Shown piece by piece: positions 39,198 to 49,451 of a stretch of DNA of 64,000 nucleotides. The translations under genes were made by a program, and so were the position numbers. The notes below the pieces were generated by a model. That model was not told the origin of the DNA. It was given only the letters and a program-made list of their open reading frames with translations, and searched no databases. Each line of letters starts with the position of its first letter. Within the stretch, counting starts at the first letter, position 1. This DNA is from Bdellovibrionales bacterium (GTDB lineage: Bacteria > Bdellovibrionota > Bdellovibrionia > Bdellovibrionales > UBA1609). Where the stretch lies: assembly GCA_965200875.1 (NCBI GenBank), contig OZ241456.1, forward strand, positions 334,588 to 398,587, read 5' to 3'.

Positions 39198-41888
39198 TTA
39201 CCTCACTTTTTTCTTTTTTGTAGTGTTTCCAGAAGATTTTTTCTTTCTGGATCGCGATGTTGTCTTTTTTTTGCCGATTTTCTTTTTACTGGACTTTTTC
39301 TTACTGGATTTTACAGATTTTTTAGATTTCCGGGATTTCACGCCTTCTTCAATCAGCTTTAAAACAGTCTTCAAATCCAAATCATCCTCTTTTAAATTTG
39401 GAGGTAATGAATGGTTTTTTTTATTATATTTAATGTAAGGGCCATAACGTCCCTTCATTAATTGAATAGGTGTTTTAGATTCAGGATGTTTAAACTCCTT
39501 TAACACGCGTGAAGAGCGACCCTTGGGTTCACTCAACCTTTGAATGGCGTATTTCAAGTCGATATCAAAAAATGTATCCGCCGGTACAGAGCGAAAATCT
39601 CCTGCATGCACAATATAAGGGCCAAAGCGCCCCACGGATTTCTTAATTTCTTTACCTGTTTCCGGGTGTTCACCTAAGGTTTTAGGCAACTCCAATAATT
39701 TTAAAGCACCATCCAGAGTAATGTTTTTTTCATCAAAAAACGGTGTAATGGTAGCCGTTTTATTTTTTTTTCGGGATTTATTCTTTCCCTTTTTAACTGT
39801 TTTATCCTCTTTGCTTTCACTGTTTTTATTCTCATCATTTGTGCCTAATCGCACATAAGGGCCAAAGCGTCCCAGAACAACAAACACTTCCTGACCTGTT
39901 TTAGGGTCTTTTCCCAAAGACCTCCCCCCTGTTATTTTATGCTCAATAATTTGATCAATTATCTCTTTTGTGATTTCACCGGGATAAATATCTGTCGGCA
40001 ACGAAGCAGATATATCCTCTTTACCATTTTTTCTACACACATAAGCTCCAAAAGGTCCTACTTTAAAGGAATACTCTTCAAAACCTTTCAAAATCAAGGA
40101 TCGAAAAGTTTGATCTTTCGTGCGCTTTTCATGCGTTTCCACTAATTTTTTCAGACCTTTTGGCCCCAGGTAAACTGATTTAAGATATTTTACATGGTTT
40201 TTTTTGCCACTAGCGATGTCATCTAAGTCTTTCTCCATTTCAGAAGTAAATTGCATATCCACATAATCTGGAAAATTTTTCTGTAAAAAGTGATTTACAA
40301 TCAAAGCTGTAAAGGTGGGAATAAGTGTATTTTGTTTTTTCTCCACATAACCCCTGTCCTGAATAGTGCTGATGATACTGGCATAAGTGGAAGGGCGTCC
40401 CACCCCTTCTTTTTCCAATTTCTGAATAAGAGAAGCTTCTGTGTATCGAGCGGGAGGTTTTGTTTCATGTTTAACCGTTGATACTTTCAGGCATTGCACT
40501 TCGTCGCCTTTTTTTAAAGCCGGGAGCTGAACTTCATCTGTTATTTGATCCTTATATACCAAATAAAACCCTGGAAAACGAATTGTCACTCCTGAACTTT
40601 GAAAAACAGAAGATTTCGCTTTCATTTTTACCCGTGTTTGATTTTGCTCGCAATTTTTCATCTGTGAAGATAAAGTCCTCTTCCATATCAGATCATACAA
40701 ACTTAATATCTGCCCGCTTAAACCTGTTTTATCAGGAGCGATAAAGTGTTCTCCAGCAGGACGGATGGCTTCATGCGCCTCCTGCGCGCCTTTGGCTTTT
40801 TTACGGTACACTCTTGGAGTGGGAGGCAGATTATTTTTTCCATATATACTGGATACTGCCGAACGGGTAGCTTGTAAAGCCTGTGCAGACAAAAAAGTGG
40901 AATCCGTCCTCATATAAGTGATTAAACCCTGTTCATACAGTTTTTGAGCCAAGCTCATTATTTGTTTGGAGGAAAAGTTTAGTTTTCTATTACCCTCCTG
41001 TTGAAGGGTGGAAGTAATAAACGGCGGAGGTGGTTTTCTGGAAATTTTTTTATTTTCCACTTCTAGGACTTTAAATTTTTCACCTGACAAGGTTTTTTGC
41101 AGTTTTATAGCCTCTTTTTCTCCCATTATTAACACATTCTGGTTTTTTAATTCCCCAGTTTTACTGTCGAAATTAGAGCTACGCGCAAGTTTTTTTCCTT
41201 TGTGCTCAATTAAACGGCTTTTGAACACATTGGAGTTTCCTTTTTTATGTACTCCCTCTAAATCCCAATACACACTCTTTTTAAAGGATAGACGCTCCAA
41301 TTCCCTGTCACTTACCAAAGCCACTGCCACAGACTGCACTCGTCCAGCGGAAAGCCCCCGTGTGACTTTTTTCCACAACACTGGCGAAATACTATACCCT
41401 ACCAAGCGATCCAAAATACGACGCGCTTCCTGTGCCTGCACCAAATTATGATCCACCGGTCTGAAATTTTTCAAAGCTTCCTGAATCGCGGTTTTTGTTA
41501 TTTCGTGAAAAACCATCCTCTTGACGGGAATTTTAGGCTTTAAAAGCTCCTGAAGATGCCAAGAAATACTTTCTCCTTCACGATCTTCATCTGTTGCTAA
41601 TATCAACTCTTTTACTGAACTGATTTTTTTCTTCAATTTTTTTACTATTTCTTTTTTTTCGCCGGGAATACAATAAACCGGTTGAAAGTTATTTTCCACA
41701 TTCACACCAAAATGCGCCCAAGATTTTTTTCGTATTTGCTCCGGCAACTCTTTGGCGGAACTAGGTAAATCCCTTATATGTCCCATACAGGATTCCACGG
41801 CGTAATCTCTGCCCAGAAAACGGCTGATCGTTTTAGCCTTGACAGGGGATTCCACGATAACCAATTTTTTTTCTTTTGATTTTGACAT
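39198..41888 (-). CDS. topA: DNA topoisomerase I with Lys-rich C-terminal tail
   Basis: TOPRIM LVIVESP.KAKTI and DEDREGE. Catalytic-Tyr region (GLITYMRTDS). C-terminal repeats GRFGPY. The last ~50 aa are KSRKSKKSVKSSKKKSSKKKIGKKKTT...KKKKVR. Confidence 0.95.
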   Translation of the reverse strand: MSKSKEKKLVIVESPVKAKTISRFLGRDYAVESCMGHIRDLPSSAKELPEQIRKKSWAHFGVNVENNFQPVYCIPGEKKEIVKKLKKKISSVKELILATDEDREGESISWHLQELLKPKIPVKRMVFHEITKTAIQEALKNFRPVDHNLVQAQEARRILDRLVGYSISPVLWKKVTRGLSAGRVQSVAVALVSDRELERLSFKKSVYWDLEGVHKKGNSNVFKSRLIEHKGKKLARSSNFDSKTGELKNQNVLIMGEKEAIKLQKTLSGEKFKVLEVENKKISRKPPPPFITSTLQQEGNRKLNFSSKQIMSLAQKLYEQGLITYMRTDSTFLSAQALQATRSAVSSIYGKNNLPPTPRVYRKKAKGAQEAHEAIRPAGEHFIAPDKTGLSGQILSLYDLIWKRTLSSQMKNCEQNQTRVKMKAKSSVFQSSGVTIRFPGFYLVYKDQITDEVQLPALKKGDEVQCLKVSTVKHETKPPARYTEASLIQKLEKEGVGRPSTYASIISTIQDRGYVEKKQNTLIPTFTALIVNHFLQKNFPDYVDMQFTSEMEKDLDDIASGKKNHVKYLKSVYLGPKGLKKLVETHEKRTKDQTFRSLILKGFEEYSFKVGPFGAYVCRKNGKEDISASLPTDIYPGEITKEIIDQIIEHKITGGRSLGKDPKTGQEVFVVLGRFGPYVRLGTNDENKNSESKEDKTVKKGKNKSRKKNKTATITPFFDEKNITLDGALKLLELPKTLGEHPETGKEIKKSVGRFGPYIVHAGDFRSVPADTFFDIDLKYAIQRLSEPKGRSSRVLKEFKHPESKTPIQLMKGRYGPYIKYNKKNHSLPPNLKEDDLDLKTVLKLIEEGVKSRKSKKSVKSSKKKSSKKKIGKKKTTSRSRKKKSSGNTTKKKKVR

Positions 41889-41916
41889 ATTTCACCCATC
41901 TGTTTGCTTTATAAGC

Positions 41917-42144
41917 CTAACGATATCTGTATATTATCAAACCCAGTGTGAGATCATGAGGAGAAAACCCCACTGTCACTCTGTCTCCATTAACCACTTG
42001 AATATTGTATTTACGCATTTTACCACAAAGCCTAGCCGACACTTCAATCTCTTTTTTTTCCAGCTGCACCTTGTATAACCCGTTAGAGCATACTTTTACA
42101 ATTTGACCGTCAAATTGAACTAATTCAGATTTTGGCATAATCAT
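41917..42144 (-). CDS. infA: translation initiation factor IF-1
   Basis: S1-like fold ...ARLCGKMRKYNIQVVNGDRVTVGFSPHDLTLGLIIYRYR. Likely start MPKSE at 42138. Confidence 0.9.
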   Translation of the reverse strand: MIMPKSELVQFDGQIVKVCSNGLYKVQLEKKEIEVSARLCGKMRKYNIQVVNGDRVTVGFSPHDLTLGLIIYRYR

Positions 42145-42193
42145 ATTCCTGTTTGAGAAAAAAGAGTTTTATATTATTGAGTGCCATGAAATT

Positions 42194-42847
42194 TTATCTT
42201 AACCTCTTCCCTGATTTTGTTTCATTATAATTAGATAAAAGAATTCTCACTTTATCTTTAAATATTACTTCCAAACGATCATTTGTATTACTGATAATCC
42301 ACCCCCACCCAAAAACAGGGTGGCTTATGGGAGTTACAGGTTGAAACTGACGGGAAATATTAAAGGGGGTGGGTTTTACGCCTTTTGCTTTTTTATAAAA
42401 AGCTTCCCATTTTTGTTCATTTTCCTGTTTGAGTTTCTCCTCTTTCTTACTTTCAACGGCTTTTTTCCGCGAAGATGTTTTTTTCACAAGGACAGATTTT
42501 TCTGGTTTTTTTTCACCTTTAACTTTTTTTTCAACGGAAACAGACTCCTTTTTATCAGCAGTTTTTTCCGTTGAATGTGTAACGGGTTTTGCTTTTTTAG
42601 TCGGGAGAGTGGCGGATTTCACTGGTTTTTTGTCGACTTTGTTTTTGTCACTGACAGCCTTGGAAACAGCAGATTTACGAAAAGTCTCCTTTGTGGAAGA
42701 TGATTTTTTCTTTTTTGCAATCACCTCACTTTTTTTCAAAGCACTTTTTGAAGTGGCAGGTGTTTTCTTTTTACCTGACTGCTTGCCATTGGTGGCTTTT
42801 TTTTTGTCTGTATTGACTGTTTTCTTTTTAGCGATCTTGGCTGGCAT
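42194..42847 (-). CDS. lysine-rich (histone H1-like tail) protein with C-terminal HxxFGxGxI Tudor-like/DUF3553-like domain
   Basis: AGGAGG RBS 8 nt before ATG 42847. The ORF-track start at 42991 lacks one. N-terminal ~150 aa are KKKT/KKPV-rich. The C-terminus is ISHPVFGWGWIISNTNDRLEVIFKD. Confidence 0.6.
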   Translation of the reverse strand: MPAKIAKKKTVNTDKKKATNGKQSGKKKTPATSKSALKKSEVIAKKKKSSSTKETFRKSAVSKAVSDKNKVDKKPVKSATLPTKKAKPVTHSTEKTADKKESVSVEKKVKGEKKPEKSVLVKKTSSRKKAVESKKEEKLKQENEQKWEAFYKKAKGVKPTPFNISRQFQPVTPISHPVFGWGWIISNTNDRLEVIFKDKVRILLSNYNETKSGKRLR

Positions 42848-43267
42848 AAAAATATTCCTCCTGATTTTTATTTCATTGCCTGTAAAAAGTATATTCCGAA
42901 AATGCCTGACACATATTCTATTCTTAAACCTGTTCTCACAAAAATCGGGGACGGGAATCTTGTCAAAAAAATATACTGTTTGCCCGGACAACTACTCAGC
43001 CCTTTACTTCAGCAATAAACTTCACACTAAGCAAGAAAATACACTTTAAGCAAGATTTTTTTCACCTTATATCCAATAATTCTTTTCCAAAACCGGAAAT
43101 TTGTTATCTTTTGACATTATGATCAGGACTTATATCCTGTAACTTTCTGTTTATGATAAACAGATAATTTTTCCGGTTTTATCAGCTGGTTATTAAACAT
43201 TCCTGCCTTGTTTTAACCTTATTTTTTTTATATATTTTCAGGGAAACAGGATATAACTTTTATTTTT

Positions 43268-44947
43268 ATGCTCTCAGAAACTGCAAAACAAAAGATGATA
43301 ATGAACCGCTTTTATATTACAACGCCTCTTTATTATGTCAACGACAAACCCCACTTAGGCACTGCCTATAGTACTGTTCTGGCTGATGTTCTCAATCGTT
43401 ATCATCAACTTGTGGGATACGAAACTTTTTTTTTAACGGGTGTTGATGAACATGGCCAAAAAGTTAGTCAAGCTGCGAAACAACAAAATATTCCGGTTCA
43501 AACTTATTGCGATCAAATGTCCAAAAGATTTGAGACCGTTTGGAAATTAATGGATATTTCCTACAATCGCTTTTTCAGAACTACTGCAAAATGGCATAAA
43601 AAAGCTGTTCAAAAGTTTCTGCAAGAACTCCACGACAAAAAACAAATTTATGAATCCACTTATGAAGGCTGGTACTGTGTTAGTGAAGAAACTTTTTATA
43701 CTTCAAAAGATCTGATAAACGGAAAATCCCCTTCCGGGAAAGAAGTTATAAAAATAAAAGAAAAAAATTATTTTTTTAAAATGTCCTCCTACCAAAAGCC
43801 TTTATTGGAATATATTGACGAAAACCCTGATTTTATCCAGCCCCCTCATCGAAAAAATGAAGTTATAAGCTTTTTAAAGCAGGGGTTGAGTGATTTATGT
43901 ATCAGTCGACCCAAAAGCAGAGTGAATTGGGGAGTGGAGATTCCTTTTGACACGGATTATGTGACTTATGTATGGGTGGATGCTTTGCTGAATTATATCA
44001 CCGGCGTAGGCTGGCCTCCGCAAAGTGGTGGAGGGAGAAAACAATTCTCTTTCACCAATCCCCTAAAAAGTGAGGACTTTGAAAAGTGGTGGAAAGAAAC
44101 GGGAGCTGTTCATCTGATAGGAAAAGATATTTTAATCACCCATTGCGTATATTGGCCTTGTTTGTTAATGGCTTTGGGAATCAAACTTCCAAAAACCATA
44201 TTGGCACATGGCTGGCTTTTGAATCAATCCCAGGAAAAAATGAGTAAATCAAAAGGGGATGTGATGGATCCCTTGAAGATTTTAAACAAATCCTCGGCAG
44301 AAAAATCTTCAAAAAAATTATCCAGCGGGACAGGAAAATCAAACCCAAAGAACAATATACAATTTTTTGATTCAGACAGCCTTCGTTATTTTCTCATTCG
44401 GGATGTTCCCTTGGGAAACGACTCCCCTGTCTCTCATACCCTTATTGCCAACAGAATTAATGAAGACTTAGCCAACAACTTTGGCAATTTAATCAGTAGA
44501 ACCACAAAAATGATTCATCAAGGCTTTGAATCCAAAATTCCTGAAAGAAACTGCAAAACAAGTAAAAACCCCTTGATCGAAAATCTGAGACATAAAGGAA
44601 TAGAAGTTACAACAGAACTAAAGGCAAATCTTCTCCGCCCTCATCTTATACTGGAAAATATTATTAATTTGTTGAATGAAACAAACCGATTTTTGGAAAA
44701 AAGTGCTCCTTGGAAAACCATTAAGACCAATAAGCAGGATACAGGGGCTGTTTTACGATCCGCTCTGGAAATTATTTATTTGTCTGCCGTATTGCTGAAA
44801 CCGGTTATGCCAAAAAAAATGGATCAGCTATTAAAAAGCCTCGCTTGCCCGGATGAATGGCCGGTGGAGAACTTTCAAAGCGGTTTTTTTCCAAAAGCCG
44901 GTGAAACGATCCAGGAATTTCCACCTCTTTTTCCCCGTATAAACTAA
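43268..44947 (+). CDS. metG: methionyl-tRNA synthetase (short form, no C-terminal tRNA-binding domain)
   Basis: YITTPLYYVNDKPHLGTAYS (HIGH-type) and KMSKSKGD. Likely start at MIMNRFY (43295). There is a Ser/Lys-rich insertion after KMSKS. Confidence 0.95.
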   Translation: MLSETAKQKMIMNRFYITTPLYYVNDKPHLGTAYSTVLADVLNRYHQLVGYETFFLTGVDEHGQKVSQAAKQQNIPVQTYCDQMSKRFETVWKLMDISYNRFFRTTAKWHKKAVQKFLQELHDKKQIYESTYEGWYCVSEETFYTSKDLINGKSPSGKEVIKIKEKNYFFKMSSYQKPLLEYIDENPDFIQPPHRKNEVISFLKQGLSDLCISRPKSRVNWGVEIPFDTDYVTYVWVDALLNYITGVGWPPQSGGGRKQFSFTNPLKSEDFEKWWKETGAVHLIGKDILITHCVYWPCLLMALGIKLPKTILAHGWLLNQSQEKMSKSKGDVMDPLKILNKSSAEKSSKKLSSGTGKSNPKNNIQFFDSDSLRYFLIRDVPLGNDSPVSHTLIANRINEDLANNFGNLISRTTKMIHQGFESKIPERNCKTSKNPLIENLRHKGIEVTTELKANLLRPHLILENIINLLNETNRFLEKSAPWKTIKTNKQDTGAVLRSALEIIYLSAVLLKPVMPKKMDQLLKSLACPDEWPVENFQSGFFPKAGETIQEFPPLFPRIN

Positions 44948-46371
44948 AAGTCTTTGGAGTAAGAGTCTTTTCTGCGATTGGGTGTGGGAATATTCATGGA
45001 CTCCCTGTATTTGGCAATCGTCCGGCGCGCAAGATGCACCCCTAAATCTTCCTTCAGATGATCCATAATATATTGATCAGAAACAGGATCTTTTTTGTTT
45101 TCGTTTTTAATGTAAGATAAAATTTTCAATTTCACTACTTCACCGCTTATCTTTTCCCCTCTGTCTGTTTCAAGACCTGAGTTAAAAAAATATTTAAGCT
45201 CATATACACCATGTGGAGTATGAGCATACTTATTAGTGGTGACACGGCTTACGGTGGATTCATGTACACCGACTTCTTCCGCAATTTGCCTGAGAATCAT
45301 GGGTTTCATTCCTATAGACCCTTTTTTAAAAAATTCCATTTGATGTTTTACGATAGCTGAAGTGACTTTAAACATGGTCTTTTGACGCTGGTTAATGGAG
45401 CGAATCAGCCAAAGTGCAGAGTTCATTTTATGTCGTAAATACCGTTGTGTGGAGTCCAAGGGCAAAACTTTATCATTATCCAGCCCCCCTTTTAACATAT
45501 CCTGGTACACATGAGCCACTCTTAAGTGTGGCAAACCCTCTTCATTAATGGATACCCGATATCCATTTTCCTCTTTAATAATATACACATCTGGCGTGAC
45601 ATATTGAATAGGTTGTGTAACGAAACGGCGACCGGGTTTAGGTTCCATGGCAGTAATGATTTTATACAGATCCATCACTTCCTCTTCTGTCAACCCCATT
45701 TTTAAAGCAATAGCATTAAAGTTCTTGCTTTCCAAATCTGACAGATGGTTTTCAATTAGAGTAATCAGATCTTTAGTGTCTTCTTGATTTTGACGAGCCT
45801 GAATCAACAAACACTCTTTTAAATTTCTGGCTCCTACTCCGTTGGGATCCAAAGTATGTAATAGCTTGAGTGCCTTTCTTAAGGTGGACAAATTTGTGCC
45901 TGTTTCATTGGCTATGTGCTCTAGGGGAACAACCAAATAACCATCTTCATTCAAACGATCCACCAGTAAATTCAAATGTGCTTTCTCTTGATTGGAAAAA
46001 CCACTCATTTGAATTTGCCACACCAAGTGATCATAAAGGCTTTGTTCTGTGGAAATAACATTTTCTAGATTAAATACACCATCAGCGGACTTTACCTGAG
46101 ACTGCCTGGGGCCTCGCACAGAATAAGTGCTTGTAAACTCCATCCAAGTATGTCTTTCTGGGAGTTCTTCCTGATTGGATAATTCATCCATACTCTGTTC
46201 TTCCATTGTATCATGTACTTCCTCTAAAACCGGATTTTCCAGCAATTCATCTCTAACCGCTTGCTCTAATTCCATTATAGGGAGAGTAAGAAGTTTTATG
46301 GACTGTTGAAGTTGAGGTGTCATCTTCAGTTTTTGAGCCAGTTTCATTCCCATTTTTAAATGCGCCGACAT
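44944..46371 (-). CDS. rpoN: RNA polymerase sigma-54 factor
   Basis: Region I MKLAQKLKMTPQLQQSIKLLTLPIMEL. HTH ESTVSRVTTNKY. RpoN box ARRTIAKYRESM. Confidence 0.95.
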   Translation of the reverse strand: MSAHLKMGMKLAQKLKMTPQLQQSIKLLTLPIMELEQAVRDELLENPVLEEVHDTMEEQSMDELSNQEELPERHTWMEFTSTYSVRGPRQSQVKSADGVFNLENVISTEQSLYDHLVWQIQMSGFSNQEKAHLNLLVDRLNEDGYLVVPLEHIANETGTNLSTLRKALKLLHTLDPNGVGARNLKECLLIQARQNQEDTKDLITLIENHLSDLESKNFNAIALKMGLTEEEVMDLYKIITAMEPKPGRRFVTQPIQYVTPDVYIIKEENGYRVSINEEGLPHLRVAHVYQDMLKGGLDNDKVLPLDSTQRYLRHKMNSALWLIRSINQRQKTMFKVTSAIVKHQMEFFKKGSIGMKPMILRQIAEEVGVHESTVSRVTTNKYAHTPHGVYELKYFFNSGLETDRGEKISGEVVKLKILSYIKNENKKDPVSDQYIMDHLKEDLGVHLARRTIAKYRESMNIPTPNRRKDSYSKDF

Positions 46372-46481
46372 AAATCCTCCGTATTATGTATAATATATAC
46401 CATATCCTCTTTTTTTCATTAGTCAATTTTTTTACAGTCAAAGAGTCTGGTCAAGTCCGAAAACCTTTTAATAAACGATCT

Positions 46482-47951
46482 TTAGGGGAACATACCTCTG
46501 TTTTTTATTTGAGCAAAAGGTATCAAACTTAACTCTTTGGCTTGTTCAATATGTTGTGCTTTTATTTCTTCATCTTCATTCAAGTCTGCCAAAGTACGAG
46601 CCACTTTAAGAACCGCTTTCTTTCTTCTTTTGGAAGACACACCAGAGGAAATTTGTGTTTCTCTTAAAAAGGAGCTGAGAGATGACTCCAGTTCCTGAAT
46701 GGATAAACGAGCGTTCACTTTCTCTTGTTTTCTTTTCTTACGAAATGTGTGCGCTTTCATTACTTTTTTATGGATATCTTCAAGATGTACGGAAAGCGGG
46801 CCTTTTTTCCATTGGGTGGAAAAAGCCAGAATGTCAAAACGATCCAACATAGGGCCATTCAGCCTGTCCATAACAGAAAAGCACCTCCTGAGGGAATAAG
46901 AGCATTGAGTGGATTTTCCCGGAACCAGATCCCCACAAGGGCAAAGGTTTGTTGCAGCCACTAATAAAAACCTGGCTGGAAACTTTTCACTTTGGCCCCG
47001 GCGGGAAATACAAATTTCTCCTTTTTCCATTGGCTCTCTAAGAGCTTCTTGCACTCTTGGATGAAACTCCAAATATTCATCCATAAACAAAATACCACCA
47101 TGTGCTTTTGTAATTTCTCCAAAAAATACAGGATAGCCTCCCCCTATCATGGAAAGCGCGGTGATACTGTGATGAGGATTTACAAAAGGTCGCCATGTCA
47201 AAGACTCTCCTGTGTGGGACCAAATTTGCCGTGATTTTTGAAATTCGGATAAAGAAGGAGGAGGCAATAAATAAGGTAAATGCTCGGATAATGTGCTTTT
47301 ACCGGAACCTGCTTCGCCGGCCAACAGTAAAGGGTGCTCACCCACAGCTGTAATCGTCAAAATAAAAGCCGATTGTTCGGAAAAACAAATATCGGGAATA
47401 GAGGGTTTTTGCAAAAGCTCTGTTAAAGGTTTTGCAGGCATAAAAGTTGGTTTTTCCAAATCCCTTAAAGAGCTTACCTGAAACAAAGGACAAAGATAAT
47501 TTTCTTTTTCTATTATCCCTGTCAATATCCCTTCTTTTCGTGAGGGCAGACTTTCCCAGTCATCCGGTGCAGATACAGTTCCATCCAGTGACAACTCTCC
47601 ATAGATATAGAAAGGAGAAGATATCTCAGCAGGAGGTGGTATCTGCTTTGTTTTCCAAAGCAACGCGCAGGCAATAGCCAGCTCCAACCCTTGTGAGCTT
47701 TTCTTCAAGTGAGCAGGTCTGAGATTAATAATCATCTGTCTTGTATTAGGCCATTCAAACCCTTGAGCGCGAACAGCGGATTTAATCCGCATAACACTTT
47801 CCTTAATGGCCATATCCGGCAGACCCGTAAACTGAACCTGTGGCAAACCTGGAATCAAACTGAGCTGTACCTCTACAGGAATAATTTTATTTCCATCTTG
47901 TGTAAAAGAAAAAATATTCATACCCAATATATTTGCAAGACCGGATTGCAC
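46482..47951 (-). CDS. comM: YifB/ComM family Mg-chelatase-like AAA+ ATPase
   Basis: Lon-like N-terminal domain (GLPQVQFTGLPD). Walker A GEAGSGKST. Walker B GILFMDE. ChlI-type C-terminal region. Confidence 0.85.
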   Translation of the reverse strand: MQSGLANILGMNIFSFTQDGNKIIPVEVQLSLIPGLPQVQFTGLPDMAIKESVMRIKSAVRAQGFEWPNTRQMIINLRPAHLKKSSQGLELAIACALLWKTKQIPPPAEISSPFYIYGELSLDGTVSAPDDWESLPSRKEGILTGIIEKENYLCPLFQVSSLRDLEKPTFMPAKPLTELLQKPSIPDICFSEQSAFILTITAVGEHPLLLAGEAGSGKSTLSEHLPYLLPPPSLSEFQKSRQIWSHTGESLTWRPFVNPHHSITALSMIGGGYPVFFGEITKAHGGILFMDEYLEFHPRVQEALREPMEKGEICISRRGQSEKFPARFLLVAATNLCPCGDLVPGKSTQCSYSLRRCFSVMDRLNGPMLDRFDILAFSTQWKKGPLSVHLEDIHKKVMKAHTFRKKRKQEKVNARLSIQELESSLSSFLRETQISSGVSSKRRKKAVLKVARTLADLNEDEEIKAQHIEQAKELSLIPFAQIKNRGMFP

Positions 47952-47989
47952 GAAAAAATAAAGAAAAATGGAGTTTTGAGAAGGTAAAA

Positions 47990-48022
47990 ATTCGAAATCC
48001 GAATATTATCCGAAATCCGAAT
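47990..48022. promoter_or_regulatory. pair of 15-bp dyad-like sites (ATTCGAAATCCGAAT, ATCCGAAATCCGAAT) in the comM/permease divergent region
   Basis: The first 15-mer is the exact reverse complement of the site at 63099-63113. The consensus resembles a 7-1-7 palindrome ATTCGGA-N-TCCGAAT. Confidence 0.4.
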
Positions 48023-48131
48023 TTTTTGACGCATAGTGTTCATTCCCGTAAAAAGCTAGATAATCTTCATATAAAAATCTTAAGATGTGTAATTATATAA
48101 AGATCATATCGATTTTACAGGCACTTAAAAA

Positions 48132-49451
48132 ATGAAACAAAAAATTAAAAAATTTTTTGAAATAGAAAAAAACCAAAGCTCTCTTCGGCAGGAAGTGTTG
48201 GCTGGGATTACCACTTTTTTGAGTATGGCTTATATTGTCAGTGTACATCCACAGATCATCAGCCAAACCGGTATGCCTTTTTCCGCCTGCGTGACAGCCA
48301 CTATTTTGGTTTGTTTCTTTAGCTCTGTGGCTATGGGAGTTTATGCCAATAACCCCATTGTATTAGGCCCCAGTTTGAGCCTCAGCAGTTTTTTTACATT
48401 CACTCTGGTAAAAAGCCAAGGTGTTCCATATACTATAGCTTTGGGTGCCACCTTTTGGGTGGGTATTATCTTCTTTATCCTATCTCTTTTTAAAATCCGG
48501 GAGAAGTTAGTTCTCTCTGTGCCTCATTCCATTAAAAATGCTCTTATTTGCGGTATTGGATTCTTTATTGCCTTCATAGGTTTGAAAGAAGGCCAGCTGA
48601 TTGTTCACTCAGATGAAACCTTTTTAAAAGCAAAATCTCTTACGATAGAAAACGGAATATTTTTAGTGGGTCTGGCTTTCACCTTTCTTATGTTGGTTTT
48701 AAAAATCAAAAACGCTTTATTGTTTTCCATCCCTGTTGTCACTTTTTTATGTGTTCCCGTAGGACGGCTATGGGGGGAGGAAACCATTGTAAACTACAGT
48801 GGCTTGTTCTCTTGGCCTGATTGGAGTCTTTTTTCACGAATGGATTTATTGGGTTCTTTACAATATTCCTTTTGGCCGGTTTTGTTTTCCATCGCCTTCG
48901 TGGATTTATTTGAAAGTCTTGGTGGTGTACTGGGAATAGCTAAGTCTGGTCCTTTAACTTCAGAAAACAGTTCTCGTCCTCGCTATTTAAGAAAAAGCCT
49001 TTTAATAGATGCCACAGCTACTTCTTGGGCAGGACTGGCTGGTTCCAGTTCTGTTGTGTGTTTCCTAGAATCCATAACCGGTATTCGTGCTGGTGGAAAA
49101 ACAGGCTTAACAGCAATTACAACAGCTCTTTTGTTTCTTCCCTTTTTGTTTCTTTCTCCCCTGCTTTCCATGATTCCTCATATTGCCACAGCTCCCATTT
49201 TGGTGGCACTGGGTTCTTACATGATAAAATCCGTCGTGGATATAGAATGGGATAACCCCGAAGAGGCTTTGCCAGCTTTTTTGATCATTATACTTATTCC
49301 GTTATGTTTTTCCATCGTTCAGGGTATTATCTATGGATTTTTATTTTACACTTTTTTGAAAATAGCCTTGGGAAAAGGCCGATTGCTTTCTCCTTATATG
49401 TATTGCTTAACTATTTTTTGCGCACTCTTCTTTATAGGATCTTGGCTCTGA
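48132..49451 (+). CDS. NCS2 family permease (AzgA-type adenine/guanine/hypoxanthine transporter)
   Basis: 439 aa with about 12-13 TM segments. N-terminal FEI..N.SSLRQEVLAGITTFLSMAYI is typical of AzgA/PbuG-type permeases. Confidence 0.8.
   Translation: MKQKIKKFFEIEKNQSSLRQEVLAGITTFLSMAYIVSVHPQIISQTGMPFSACVTATILVCFFSSVAMGVYANNPIVLGPSLSLSSFFTFTLVKSQGVPYTIALGATFWVGIIFFILSLFKIREKLVLSVPHSIKNALICGIGFFIAFIGLKEGQLIVHSDETFLKAKSLTIENGIFLVGLAFTFLMLVLKIKNALLFSIPVVTFLCVPVGRLWGEETIVNYSGLFSWPDWSLFSRMDLLGSLQYSFWPVLFSIAFVDLFESLGGVLGIAKSGPLTSENSSRPRYLRKSLLIDATATSWAGLAGSSSVVCFLESITGIRAGGKTGLTAITTALLFLPFLFLSPLLSMIPHIATAPILVALGSYMIKSVVDIEWDNPEEALPAFLIIILIPLCFSIVQGIIYGFLFYTFLKIALGKGRLLSPYMYCLTIFCALFFIGSWL

Noticed and set aside
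42320-43049. Plus-strand ORFs 42320-42574 and 42429-43049, antisense to the lysine-rich protein.
   Set aside because: AAA/AAG lysine codons read as TTT/CTT on the opposite strand, giving Phe/Leu-rich pseudo-ORFs. They have no RBS.
44270-44380. Ser/Lys-rich insertion (KSSAEKSSKKLSSGTGKSNPKNN) after the KMSKS loop of MetRS, as a possible inserted element.
   Set aside because: It is in-frame, short and compositionally like other Lys/Ser-rich linkers in this genome (TopA tail). It is most simply a lineage-specific loop expansion.
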